From: Thermodesulfobacteriota bacterium
Lineage (GTDB): Bacteria; Desulfobacterota_D; UBA1144
Length of the DNA: 64,000 nt
Assembly: GCA_036340075.1 (NCBI GenBank)
Contig: JAYYZJ010000005.1
Span: 37,980 to 101,979, forward strand
Direction of reading: 5' to 3'
The position numbers and the translations under genes were made by a program. Positions within the stretch are counted from its first letter, which is position 1. Each line of letters starts with the position of its first letter. This document shows, in pieces, positions 1-8,715 of this stretch. The notes under the pieces are model-generated. The model saw only the letters and a list, made by a program, of their open reading frames with translations, did not search any database and was not told the origin of the DNA.

Positions 1-829
1 TTTTTGGTCCAACTTCCAGAAAAGATTTAACTCCTAGATTCTTGTTTAGATAATTTATTGATTGATGCCATAGGACTGGACTAACCAATTGATCCAGGAG
101 AAGATCTTTAATCTTGTCTTTGTCATCCATAGTTTTAGCATTAAAATTGGAAACCATGGGAATTTTAAAATCGAGAAAATTAACCGAATCTAAAACAACT
201 TGCATTTTATCAACTGCTGATTTCATTAGTTCAGAATGAAAAGGAGCGCTTATATCTAGTAGAACGACTCTCTTTGCTCCTGCTTTTTTTGCTAAATCAG
301 CTGCTTTCTCTACTGCCATTTTGACTCCTGAAATTACTACTTGTCCAATACTATTGTAATTTGCAGGTGCTACATAAGATTGGTCATTCGATGCTTCTTT
401 ACAAATTTCATTTACTTGCTCGTCTGGCAAACCTAAAACTGCAGCCATACCACCTACTCCAACTGGAACAGCTTCTTGAGTATATTCACCTCTTTTTCGT
501 ACTGCCCAAATCGCATCCTCAAAATTAAGTGATCCAGATGCTACTAAAGCTGAATACTCACCAAGGCTATGGCCAGCTACGAAACATGGTTTGATATCTT
601 TTATAGATGTTAGAACTCTATGGGCTGCTGTACTTACAGTTAATATAGCAGGTTGTGCATTTACAGTTAAATGAACCTCTTCACTTTCGAAGCACAATTT
701 TTTCATATCAATTCCTAATTTTTCACTTGCTTGAGCAAAAGTAATCCTTGCCTCTTCAAAGTTTTCATATAAATCTTTTCCCATTCCTACATACTGGGAA
801 CCTTGTCCTGGAAAAACTAAAGCTAACAT
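1..829 (-). CDS. fabD: malonyl CoA-ACP transacylase FabD, N-terminal ~276 codons; gene continues beyond window start
   Basis: Minus-strand ATG at 827-829 translates MLALVFPGQGSQYVGMGKDLYENFEEA... with the GHSLGEYSAL active-site motif. The frame is open to position 1. It is absent from the ORF track because no stop lies within the window. Confidence 0.85.
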   Translation of the reverse strand, partial: MLALVFPGQGSQYVGMGKDLYENFEEARITFAQASEKLGIDMKKLCFESEEVHLTVNAQPAILTVSTAAHRVLTSIKDIKPCFVAGHSLGEYSALVASGSLNFEDAIWAVRKRGEYTQEAVPVGVGGMAAVLGLPDEQVNEICKEASNDQSYVAPANYNSIGQVVISGVKMAVEKAADLAKKAGAKRVVLLDISAPFHSELMKSAVDKMQVVLDSVNFLDFKIPMVSNFNAKTMDDKDKIKDLLLDQLVSPVLWHQSINYLNKNLGVKSFLEVGPK

Positions 830-863
830 TTAAGTGCTCCTTTATTTTTTATCATATTAGTTA

Positions 864-1028
864 TCAATTCTTTCTAGAATTTTGGTATTCCTCAATCGAT
901 CTAAATCTATGAGAAATTTTGAGTTCTCCGGATTTTTTATCTTTAGAAAGTCCACTTAAAGTAATTTTTTGGTGATTTCTTCTCTTTCTAACTTTAGATT
1001 TTGAAGTTTTTCTTTTTGGTACTGCCAT
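864..1028 (-). CDS. rpmF: 50S ribosomal protein L32
   Basis: An internal Met gives MAVPKRKTSKSKVRKRRNHQKI, the L32 signature. The track ORF extends 11 codons further upstream. Confidence 0.85.
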   Translation of the reverse strand: MAVPKRKTSKSKVRKRRNHQKITLSGLSKDKKSGELKISHRFRSIEEYQNSRKN

Positions 1029-1066
1029 AATAATGTCCTTTAATTTGGTATTATAGGGCAAAATTA

Positions 1067-2578
1067 TTATTTTACAACTTGCAATAACTTTCTTGTGATT
1101 TCGTGAGATGGAGAGGTAAAAACTTCCTCAGTATTACCCATTTCTACTATTAATCCTTCAGATAATACAAGTACTTTTTCACATAAATCCTCTATTAATC
1201 TATAATCATGTGTTATGAACAAAACTGTAAAATTTTTACTTCTTAATAATTCCTTAATAATTGAGATTATCTCTATCTGTGATTTAACATCCAATGAAGA
1301 CATTGGTTCATCAAATACAATGAATTCAGGATTCGACAATATAGCTTTTAAGATTAATATTTTTTGCCTCTGTCCACCGCTTAAGGTAGATGGAAATTGA
1401 TTTAAAATTTCAATAGGCAGCCTTATTTTAGAAAGATTATTTTTAATAATTTCCTTTTTTTCATTAGAATTATATTTTTCAATATTAAAAAATGAATCTA
1501 AAAGTATATTCTGAATCTTCCTTTTTGGATTCAAAGAACCGAGTAAATCTTGAAAAACAATTTGAGCCTTATGTGAATAATCTTTACTGCTAATTTGATT
1601 TATATTTTTACCATTATATAGAATCTCTCCCGAACTAGGAACTAGCAACTTAGTTATTAACTTTGAAATTGTACTTTTTCCTGAACCACTAAGACCTATT
1701 AAGCCTACAGCTTCTCCTTTATTTAAAGAAAAGTTTAGATTGTTTAATATCAATTCTTTCTCTTTATCAAACTTAAAAGAAATATTATTTAGATTTATGA
1801 GTTCAGTTCTTGAATTAACTATTTCTTCTACTTCTGGAAGATTATTTCTTGCTAGTGATCTAGAGTCATCATAGTATCTTCTAATTTCAAAAACATTTTT
1901 ATATTTTATTATTTTTTTATCTTTAACCTCATAACATTCGCTAGAATAATTGGAAACTATTCTTGGGTCATGAGTAATAATTAGTATTGTAAGTTGTCTA
2001 TTGGTTGAGATTTTAACTAATAAGTCCAAAATAAGTTTTTCATTTACTGCATCTAAAGATGATGTCGCCTCATCTGCTATTAACATTTCTGGATTATTTT
2101 GAAGGGAAAGAGCTATTAAAACTCTTTGAGCCATACCTCCGCTAAGTTCATGAGGAAACTTTTTTAATAAAATATCTATTTCGTGAAAACCAACTTCTAA
2201 TAAGAGATTAGTTGCAATTTTTTTAACTTCGGAATCATTAAGTTTGTTTTTTGCATTCGTTTCGAAATGCTTTAAAACAGTAAGAGTAGGATTTAATGAT
2301 GACAAAGGCTCCTGTGGTATATAGGATATATTTTTTTCATATCTATCTACGATTTCTTGACCGTTGTATTTAAATGACTTAAATTTCTTTTTTGCATTAT
2401 ATAGAAATTCTTTTGACATTAAAGAATATGCAAACAATGATTTTCCTGAACCGCTTTCTCCTACAATCGATACTATCTTCCCTTTTTCAATACTAAAATT
2501 AGAGTCTTTGAGTAAAACTTTATCCTCAGCTTCTAAAGATGTCAGGATTAGAGATTCAACTTCCAGTAGATTAACCAT
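1067..2578 (-). CDS. ABC transporter ATP-binding protein with two fused ATPase domains (DppD/DppF- or YejF-like)
   Basis: There are two Walker A motifs (GESGSGKS, GLSGSGKS), two LSGG signatures and two Walker B/H-loop (ITHD) regions in a 503-aa ORF. Confidence 0.8.
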   Translation of the reverse strand: MVNLLEVESLILTSLEAEDKVLLKDSNFSIEKGKIVSIVGESGSGKSLFAYSLMSKEFLYNAKKKFKSFKYNGQEIVDRYEKNISYIPQEPLSSLNPTLTVLKHFETNAKNKLNDSEVKKIATNLLLEVGFHEIDILLKKFPHELSGGMAQRVLIALSLQNNPEMLIADEATSSLDAVNEKLILDLLVKISTNRQLTILIITHDPRIVSNYSSECYEVKDKKIIKYKNVFEIRRYYDDSRSLARNNLPEVEEIVNSRTELINLNNISFKFDKEKELILNNLNFSLNKGEAVGLIGLSGSGKSTISKLITKLLVPSSGEILYNGKNINQISSKDYSHKAQIVFQDLLGSLNPKRKIQNILLDSFFNIEKYNSNEKKEIIKNNLSKIRLPIEILNQFPSTLSGGQRQKILILKAILSNPEFIVFDEPMSSLDVKSQIEIISIIKELLRSKNFTVLFITHDYRLIEDLCEKVLVLSEGLIVEMGNTEEVFTSPSHEITRKLLQVVK

Positions 2579-2616
2579 ATAAATTAAATCTTAGTTTATT
2601 TCCTACTAATATAAAA

Positions 2617-3102
2617 GTGTATAATTGTTTTATGGAGAATTTATTCAAAAAGATTCTTATGGCTGGTCTTGTTTTAGTTGTCGGGTCAACTCTGGTCTTT
2701 GTTTACTTAAATCACATTAAAGCAGTAAAAATTGAAGCTAACTTAGAAGTAAATAGTTTGATTCAGAAAGAAACCTTCAAAAATAGAGATGAAGTACTTT
2801 CTTATATTAAAAAATCTGAATCAAAAAAATACAGTAATTCTTCATACTTGCTACCTTTGCTTTCTAGCAACTATTTTCTTAAAATTAATAACAAAGAAAC
2901 TGCTCTAGAAATTTTGAAAAATATTTCTAATTCAGAATCTCCTCTCATTAATGACTTAGCTTTTTCTTTACAAAGCAGAATTTATGCAGAGATGGATATT
3001 TGCGACAAATCGAGAGATTCTTTTAAGAAGATTAATTCTTATAATTCAATAGCAACAGATACAAGAACTTATATAGGAAAATGCTTGGAGGTATTGAACT
3101 AA
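2617..3102 (+). CDS. hypothetical membrane-anchored protein
   Basis: An N-terminal TM helix is followed by a helical soluble region. No recognisable catalytic motif. Confidence 0.4.
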   Translation: MYNCFMENLFKKILMAGLVLVVGSTLVFVYLNHIKAVKIEANLEVNSLIQKETFKNRDEVLSYIKKSESKKYSNSSYLLPLLSSNYFLKINNKETALEILKNISNSESPLINDLAFSLQSRIYAEMDICDKSRDSFKKINSYNSIATDTRTYIGKCLEVLN

Positions 3103-3452
3103 TGTTTCTATACATTTTAATTGGAATTGCTGGCGGTTTTATGAGTGGGTTTATGGGTATAGGTGGTGGTCTAATTATGGTTCCATTGTTAGTGATATTG
3201 GCAAAATTTACTCAACATATGGCTCAAGGAACATCTTTAGCTGTTCTTACCTTGCCAGTTGTGATTTTTGGAGCATACCAATATTATCAAGAAGGTAATA
3301 TAAACATGAATGCCGCAATAACAATAGCTATTTTCTTTTGTATTGGCATATTTCTAGGTTCAAAGACTGCTCATATGCTTTCTTCAGAGAATTTAAAAAT
3401 TATATTTGGTTTTTTGATGATTTTTATTGGAATTAGAATGATAATCAATTAG
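3081..3452 (+). CDS. half-size TSUP (TauE/SafE, DUF81) family membrane protein
   Basis: A Gly-rich GFMGIGGG TM motif and a C-terminal FLGSKTAHML...IFIGIRM motif are typical of TSUP. It is only 123 aa, whereas typical members are about 250 aa. Confidence 0.55.
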   Translation: MLGGIELMFLYILIGIAGGFMSGFMGIGGGLIMVPLLVILAKFTQHMAQGTSLAVLTLPVVIFGAYQYYQEGNINMNAAITIAIFFCIGIFLGSKTAHMLSSENLKIIFGFLMIFIGIRMIIN

Positions 3453-4386
3453 AAGTGAAACAATCACAATACTTAATTAAATCTTCCTTGTTCTTAAACC
3501 AAATCATTTCTTTATCTTTTTTCAACCAAGTTAATTGTCTTTTAGCAAATCGTCTAGTGTTAGTTTTTATTTTTTCTATAGCTTCATCTTTAGTTAAATC
3601 TCCCTTAAAATATGAGCATATTTCCTTATATCCTATAGAACCAAGCGGCTTAATGTTGTAGCCAAAGGATTCAATTAAAGCATCAACTTCATCAAAAAGT
3701 CCTTCTGATATCATTTCATCGACTCTAGCATTTATTAATTCATCCAACTTACTTTTAGAAATTAAAAGAGCAACCTTAATAATTTCACAATCTTTAAGGG
3801 GAATTTGTTCTTCTTCTGCAAACAACTCTGATGGAAGTCTGCCAGTTAGTTGATTTATTTCTAAAAATCTAATTATTCTTTGACTATCATTGGAACTTAT
3901 TTTTTTTGCTTGAACTGGGTCAATATCTCTGAGCTTATTGTACATATGCTCTATCCCATTAGAATTTAGCTCTTCCAATAATTTATTTCTATCTAATTCA
4001 TTTTTAGATAAATCGGAAATCAGACCATCTACTAATGCTTTAATGTAGAGCTGTGTTCCTCCTGAAATAATCAATTTGTCTTTACTAGATAAATCTATTA
4101 CTTCCCTAGCAATTTGCATATATTCCCATGCGTTAAAATCCTGATCTGGCTCTATTATATCAACAAGGTGATGTCGTATCTCGCTCATTATATTCTTTGG
4201 AGGCTTACCTGTACCTATGTCAAACTTTTTATAAACATGCATTGAGTCTGCTGAAACAATCTCTGTTTTGTATCTTTTTGCTAATTCAATAGAAATAGTT
4301 GTTTTACCACTTGAGGTAGGCCCAGTTAGTATTATAATTTTTTTTTCGTTTATTTTATTCTCGGAAATCTTCAATGTTCTTATCAA
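3445..4386 (-). CDS. miaA: tRNA dimethylallyltransferase
   Basis: ILTGPTSSGKTT P-loop and overall MiaA-like sequence. Confidence 0.85.
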   Translation of the reverse strand: MIRTLKISENKINEKKIIILTGPTSSGKTTISIELAKRYKTEIVSADSMHVYKKFDIGTGKPPKNIMSEIRHHLVDIIEPDQDFNAWEYMQIAREVIDLSSKDKLIISGGTQLYIKALVDGLISDLSKNELDRNKLLEELNSNGIEHMYNKLRDIDPVQAKKISSNDSQRIIRFLEINQLTGRLPSELFAEEEQIPLKDCEIIKVALLISKSKLDELINARVDEMISEGLFDEVDALIESFGYNIKPLGSIGYKEICSYFKGDLTKDEAIEKIKTNTRRFAKRQLTWLKKDKEMIWFKNKEDLIKYCDCFTSN

Positions 4387-6454
4387 GTGCTTCTTTTCTG
4401 CTTAATCTTATCTTCCCATCTCTTTCTTTGGATAAGCACTTTACTAGCACTTCATCTCCTTCTTTAAGAACATCGGAAACTGTTTTTACCCTTTCTTTTG
4501 CAAGTTCTGAAATGTGAATTAGACCATCAAGAGTTGGACTTAGTCCAACTATTGCTCCAAAGTCTAATATTCTTTTAACTTTTCCTATGTAATACTCTCC
4601 AGCATCAATATCTCTAACTATGTAAGATATATCTTTTAGAGCTGATTTTGCATCTGACTCATTAACTGCTATCACATTAACCTGGCCTGAATCATCTATA
4701 TCAATCTTTACATTATTGTCTTCTGTAAGTTTTTTTATGTTCTTTCCGCCGGAACCAATAATATCCTTAATTTTGCCTGGATCAACATGAATTGTTGTTA
4801 TCCTAGGTGCATAAGGTGAGATATTTTCTTTTTTGTCACTTATTGTTTTTGCCATTTCCGATAAAATATGTAGTCTTCCTTGCTTTGCTTGCTCAAGAGC
4901 CTCTTGTAGTAATTCTTTACTAATTCCTTGGATTTTGATATCCATTTGCAAAGCAGTAATTCCTTCTGATGTTCCACATACTTTAAAGTCCATGTCGCCA
5001 AGATGATCTTCGTCTCCTAAAATATCTGAAAGAATTAAATGATTTGCATCTTCTTTGATAAGACCCATTGCTATACCAGCAACGGGAGCTTTTACCGGGA
5101 CACCTGCGTCCATCAAGGATAAAGAAGATCCACAAACAGTAGCCATTGATGAAGAACCATTGGATTCTAATATATCTGAAACTAGTCTTACAGTATATGG
5201 AAATTCTTCCGAACTAGGCATAACTCCCATTACAGCTCTTCTAGCTAACTCCCCATGACCTATTTCTCTTCTCCCAGTTCCTAGCCTATTTGAGACCTCG
5301 CCAACACTAAAAGGTGGAAAATTGTAATGTAGCATAAAGGTTCTTCTTTCTTCGCCTTGTAAAGTATCAAGTCGTTGTTGATCATCTTTTGAACCAAGCG
5401 TACATGCTACCAATGCTTGAGTTTCCCCCCTGGTAAAAACTGCGGATCCATGTGCTCTATGAAGAACGCTAATTTCAGTTGATATATCTCTAATATCTGT
5501 AAAAGATCTGCCATCAATTCTAATTTTTTCACTTACCATCATATCCCTAACTGCAGTTTTTTTATAATTATCAAATATATTTTTAAATTCTTTTTCATTA
5601 AAATTTTCGTCTTCTGAAATTTTATTTAAGGTGTTGGTATATAAATTCGAAATAGAAGTATTTCGATCTTGCTTTGATTTGATTCTAATAGAGTTTTGCA
5701 TCTCTTCTGCAATTAATCCTTCTACTTTTTCAACAACTTGAGGGTTTAAATCCTTTTCAGGGACAACTCTTTTTTCTACACTATCAGAAATTAACTTAAT
5801 TTGAAGATCGATTATTTCTTTAATATGAGAATGTCCGAACATTAAGGCATCTATAATCTCATCTTCTGGCACAGTATCTGCTTCTCCTTCGACCATAAGT
5901 ATCGCATCCTTACTGCCGGCTATTATAAAATTTAAATCTGATTCCTGTATCTGTTCATAAGTAGGATTACAAATAAGTTCATTATTTACTCTTGCTACTC
6001 TTACTCCACCTAATGGTCCATCAAAAGGTATATTGGAAACTGTTAATGCAGCAGATGCTGCTGTTATAGCAAGTACATCTGGTGGATTCTCAGAATCAGC
6101 TGAATAAACTGAAATAATGACCTGTGTTGGATAATTATAATTCTTTGGGAACATAGGTCTTAATGGCCTATCAATTAATCGAGAAATCAATGTTTCGAAT
6201 TCAGTGGGTCTTCCTTCTCTCTTAAAATATCCTCCTGGTATTCTTCCAGAAGAAAAAGCTTTCTCTTGGTAGTTTACAGTTAGTGGTAAAAAATTGTCGT
6301 CTACTGGCTCCGAAGAACTTACAACTGTAGCAAGAACTTGTGTCTCTCCAATTTGAGCAAGAACAGAACCATCTGCTTGTTTCGCTAACTTTCCTGTTTC
6401 TAAAGTATAAGTCTTGTTAGCTATTACTTCATTTATGTTTTTATATGAACTCAT
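4355..6454 (-). CDS. pnp: polyribonucleotide nucleotidyltransferase (PNPase)
   Basis: A 699-aa ORF with RNase PH domains, KH and S1 domains and PNPase-typical motifs. It lies downstream of rpsO. Confidence 0.95.
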   Translation of the reverse strand: MSSYKNINEVIANKTYTLETGKLAKQADGSVLAQIGETQVLATVVSSSEPVDDNFLPLTVNYQEKAFSSGRIPGGYFKREGRPTEFETLISRLIDRPLRPMFPKNYNYPTQVIISVYSADSENPPDVLAITAASAALTVSNIPFDGPLGGVRVARVNNELICNPTYEQIQESDLNFIIAGSKDAILMVEGEADTVPEDEIIDALMFGHSHIKEIIDLQIKLISDSVEKRVVPEKDLNPQVVEKVEGLIAEEMQNSIRIKSKQDRNTSISNLYTNTLNKISEDENFNEKEFKNIFDNYKKTAVRDMMVSEKIRIDGRSFTDIRDISTEISVLHRAHGSAVFTRGETQALVACTLGSKDDQQRLDTLQGEERRTFMLHYNFPPFSVGEVSNRLGTGRREIGHGELARRAVMGVMPSSEEFPYTVRLVSDILESNGSSSMATVCGSSLSLMDAGVPVKAPVAGIAMGLIKEDANHLILSDILGDEDHLGDMDFKVCGTSEGITALQMDIKIQGISKELLQEALEQAKQGRLHILSEMAKTISDKKENISPYAPRITTIHVDPGKIKDIIGSGGKNIKKLTEDNNVKIDIDDSGQVNVIAVNESDAKSALKDISYIVRDIDAGEYYIGKVKRILDFGAIVGLSPTLDGLIHISELAKERVKTVSDVLKEGDEVLVKCLSKERDGKIRLSRKEALDKNIEDFRE

Positions 6455-6459
6455 CGAAA

Positions 6460-6720
6460 CTATTTTCTCAAGCCATGCTTAGAAAGAATCTCGACATACT
6501 GATTATTGTCTTTTCTTTTTATGTATTTTAACAATTTCCTTCTTCTTTCGATCGCCAACAACAAACCTCTTCGTGAGGATGTGTCTTTTTTAAAAGTCTG
6601 GACATGCTTAGTGAGTAATTCTATTTTTTTTGACAAAATGGCAATTTGAACCTTAGTTGAACCAACATCTTTTTCAGTGGATCCAAATTCACTAATTATT
6701 TCCTTCTTATTTAAACTCAA
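6460..6720 (-). CDS. rpsO: 30S ribosomal protein S15
   Basis: 86-aa basic protein ...LLKHVQTFKKDTSSRRGLLLAIERRRKLLKYI... Confidence 0.9.
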   Translation of the reverse strand: MSLNKKEIISEFGSTEKDVGSTKVQIAILSKKIELLTKHVQTFKKDTSSRRGLLLAIERRRKLLKYIKRKDNNQYVEILSKHGLRK

Positions 6721-6774
6721 TCATAAACCTCTCTATTTTTAATAGCTTAATAATTAATCAATTATCTTTAAAAA

Positions 6775-7695
6775 TCAAGTACGATTCTCTTTTTGTAAAA
6801 ACAGTTTCATTTTTGAAGATACATACCTGCCTTCTTTATCAAATTCATTGTTAATTAAACCTACCGGGTATTGGTTAATAGTAAGCACCTTATTTAGGTC
6901 TTTTTTTGACTTTATGCTCAATTTGTTAGATAAATTTATCAAGAAGTCTTTATCGATTTTCTTATGATTATTATGTTGTTTTAATCTTTCTAATAATTGA
7001 GAATTTATTTCAACTGTACTAAATATTTTATCAATATTAAAAAAATTAGCACAATTGTCTTTCATTAATGAGAAATAATTATTTGAATCATCAAGTTCGA
7101 ATATACCGGTTGACAATCTTCTTAAATTAGCAACGGTGGCACCTAAATCTAATCTATATCCTATATCTCTAATCAGTGCTCTAATATATGTTCCTTTTGA
7201 ACAATCGACTTTTAGTTCAAAACTATATTTTTTAATATTTAAAATAGTAATGTCATATATAGTAGATGCTCTTTCAGGTAATTTTATTTCTCTACCACTC
7301 CTTGCATACTTATATGAAGGTGTTCCTTTTACTTTAATTGCTGAATAGCTAGGTGGAACATATAAATACTCTCCTAGAAAAGAAGCTACTGTATTTTGTA
7401 GTTGCTTTGTTTTAAGGGCTCTTACTTTGTTTGTCTTTATAATTTTTCCTGAAATGTCTAAAGTTTCTGTTTCTATACCAATAATTGCTTTAACTCTGTA
7501 TGTTTTTCTATCTTCATCTATGAATGGTATCAGCTTTGTAAGATTTCCTAAAAAAATTGGTACTACTCCTGTTGCAAGAGGATCGAGTGTGCCAGTATAG
7601 CCAGCTTTTTCAGCTCCAAAGTGTTTTTTAATCTTATTGGTTATATGAGATGTTGTCATCCCATAGGGTTTATCAATTAATAAAATTTTATCCAT
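6775..7695 (-). CDS. truB: tRNA pseudouridine(55) synthase
   Basis: LLIDKPYGMTTSHI... GTLDPLATGVVPIF catalytic Asp motif. Confidence 0.9.
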   Translation of the reverse strand: MDKILLIDKPYGMTTSHITNKIKKHFGAEKAGYTGTLDPLATGVVPIFLGNLTKLIPFIDEDRKTYRVKAIIGIETETLDISGKIIKTNKVRALKTKQLQNTVASFLGEYLYVPPSYSAIKVKGTPSYKYARSGREIKLPERASTIYDITILNIKKYSFELKVDCSKGTYIRALIRDIGYRLDLGATVANLRRLSTGIFELDDSNNYFSLMKDNCANFFNIDKIFSTVEINSQLLERLKQHNNHKKIDKDFLINLSNKLSIKSKKDLNKVLTINQYPVGLINNEFDKEGRYVSSKMKLFLQKENRT

Positions 7696-8707
7696 TTTTT
7701 AATTCATTAACAATTTTTTCCGTTAAAGCTTCTAGTTTTCCATTAAATGTAAAACCGGAGGCATTTTTGTGTCCGCCTCCTTCAAACTTTTGTGCAAAAT
7801 CTGATAAATCTTTAAATCCATTGGCTCGTAAACTAATTTTCCATTTATCATTATCAATCTCTCTTATGAATATCCCTATCTCTACATCTGAATAATTTAG
7901 TAGTGAATTTGCTATACCCTCAGAATCCTCTTTTGAAGTTGAGGTCTTATCATAAAAAGATCTGGTGCAATAACAAATTGCGGTTTTAAGTTGCTTATGA
8001 AATTCAAGAGTAGAATATATAGAAGATTTTAGCTCTAATCTTTTTATTTCGCCACTGTCATATACGTTATTGTTTATTAATTCTAAATCTCCTCCTCCGG
8101 ATAATAATTTGGTGCAAACATCAAAAGTTTCTACGTTAACATTAGAATTTCTAAATGATGAAGTATCAGTAATTATAGTTGCAAGAAGGGAAGTTGAAAT
8201 TCTTGAATCAATAGCAACTTTAATTTCTTTTTGAAATTCCATAATTAATCTATGTACTAAAATACCAGTAGAAGATGCTTCGGAATCTATATATGTGCCT
8301 TGCGCATTATATATTTTATTGTTTTCATGGTGATCAATTACAATAATTGATAAGTCTTTATCCTTCATCTTAGAGTTAATATAAGTTTCCATTTCTTTTC
8401 CTGTTCGTTCTAAATCATTCAAATCTAAAAGAATAATTAAATCTAAATCCTTAGGGAGATTTTCAATAGAATTGTAAAATGGGATTTCTTCCGATTTTAG
8501 AAAAGATAAATAATGAGGGATATCATCTCGATTATATATACAACAAGCCTTAGATAAAATATATTTTAAGAAATAATACAACCCAAAAGAAGACCCTATA
8601 GCGTCACCATCGGGATTATAATGAGATACTATTAATATCTTTTTATTCGAATCAATTATTTGTTTAATATCAAAAAGGTTAGATTTTTCAAAACTTCGAG
8701 AGTCCAT
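7688..8707 (-). CDS. DHH/DHHA1 family phosphoesterase (NrnA-like oligoribonuclease/pAp phosphatase)
   Basis: DHH motifs (HYNPDGDAIGS, DHH) and a C-terminal GGGH. It sits where rbfA is normally found in the nusA-infB operon. Confidence 0.7.
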   Translation of the reverse strand: MDSRSFEKSNLFDIKQIIDSNKKILIVSHYNPDGDAIGSSFGLYYFLKYILSKACCIYNRDDIPHYLSFLKSEEIPFYNSIENLPKDLDLIILLDLNDLERTGKEMETYINSKMKDKDLSIIVIDHHENNKIYNAQGTYIDSEASSTGILVHRLIMEFQKEIKVAIDSRISTSLLATIITDTSSFRNSNVNVETFDVCTKLLSGGGDLELINNNVYDSGEIKRLELKSSIYSTLEFHKQLKTAICYCTRSFYDKTSTSKEDSEGIANSLLNYSDVEIGIFIREIDNDKWKISLRANGFKDLSDFAQKFEGGGHKNASGFTFNGKLEALTEKIVNELKNG

Positions 8708-8715
8708 CTTCTTTA

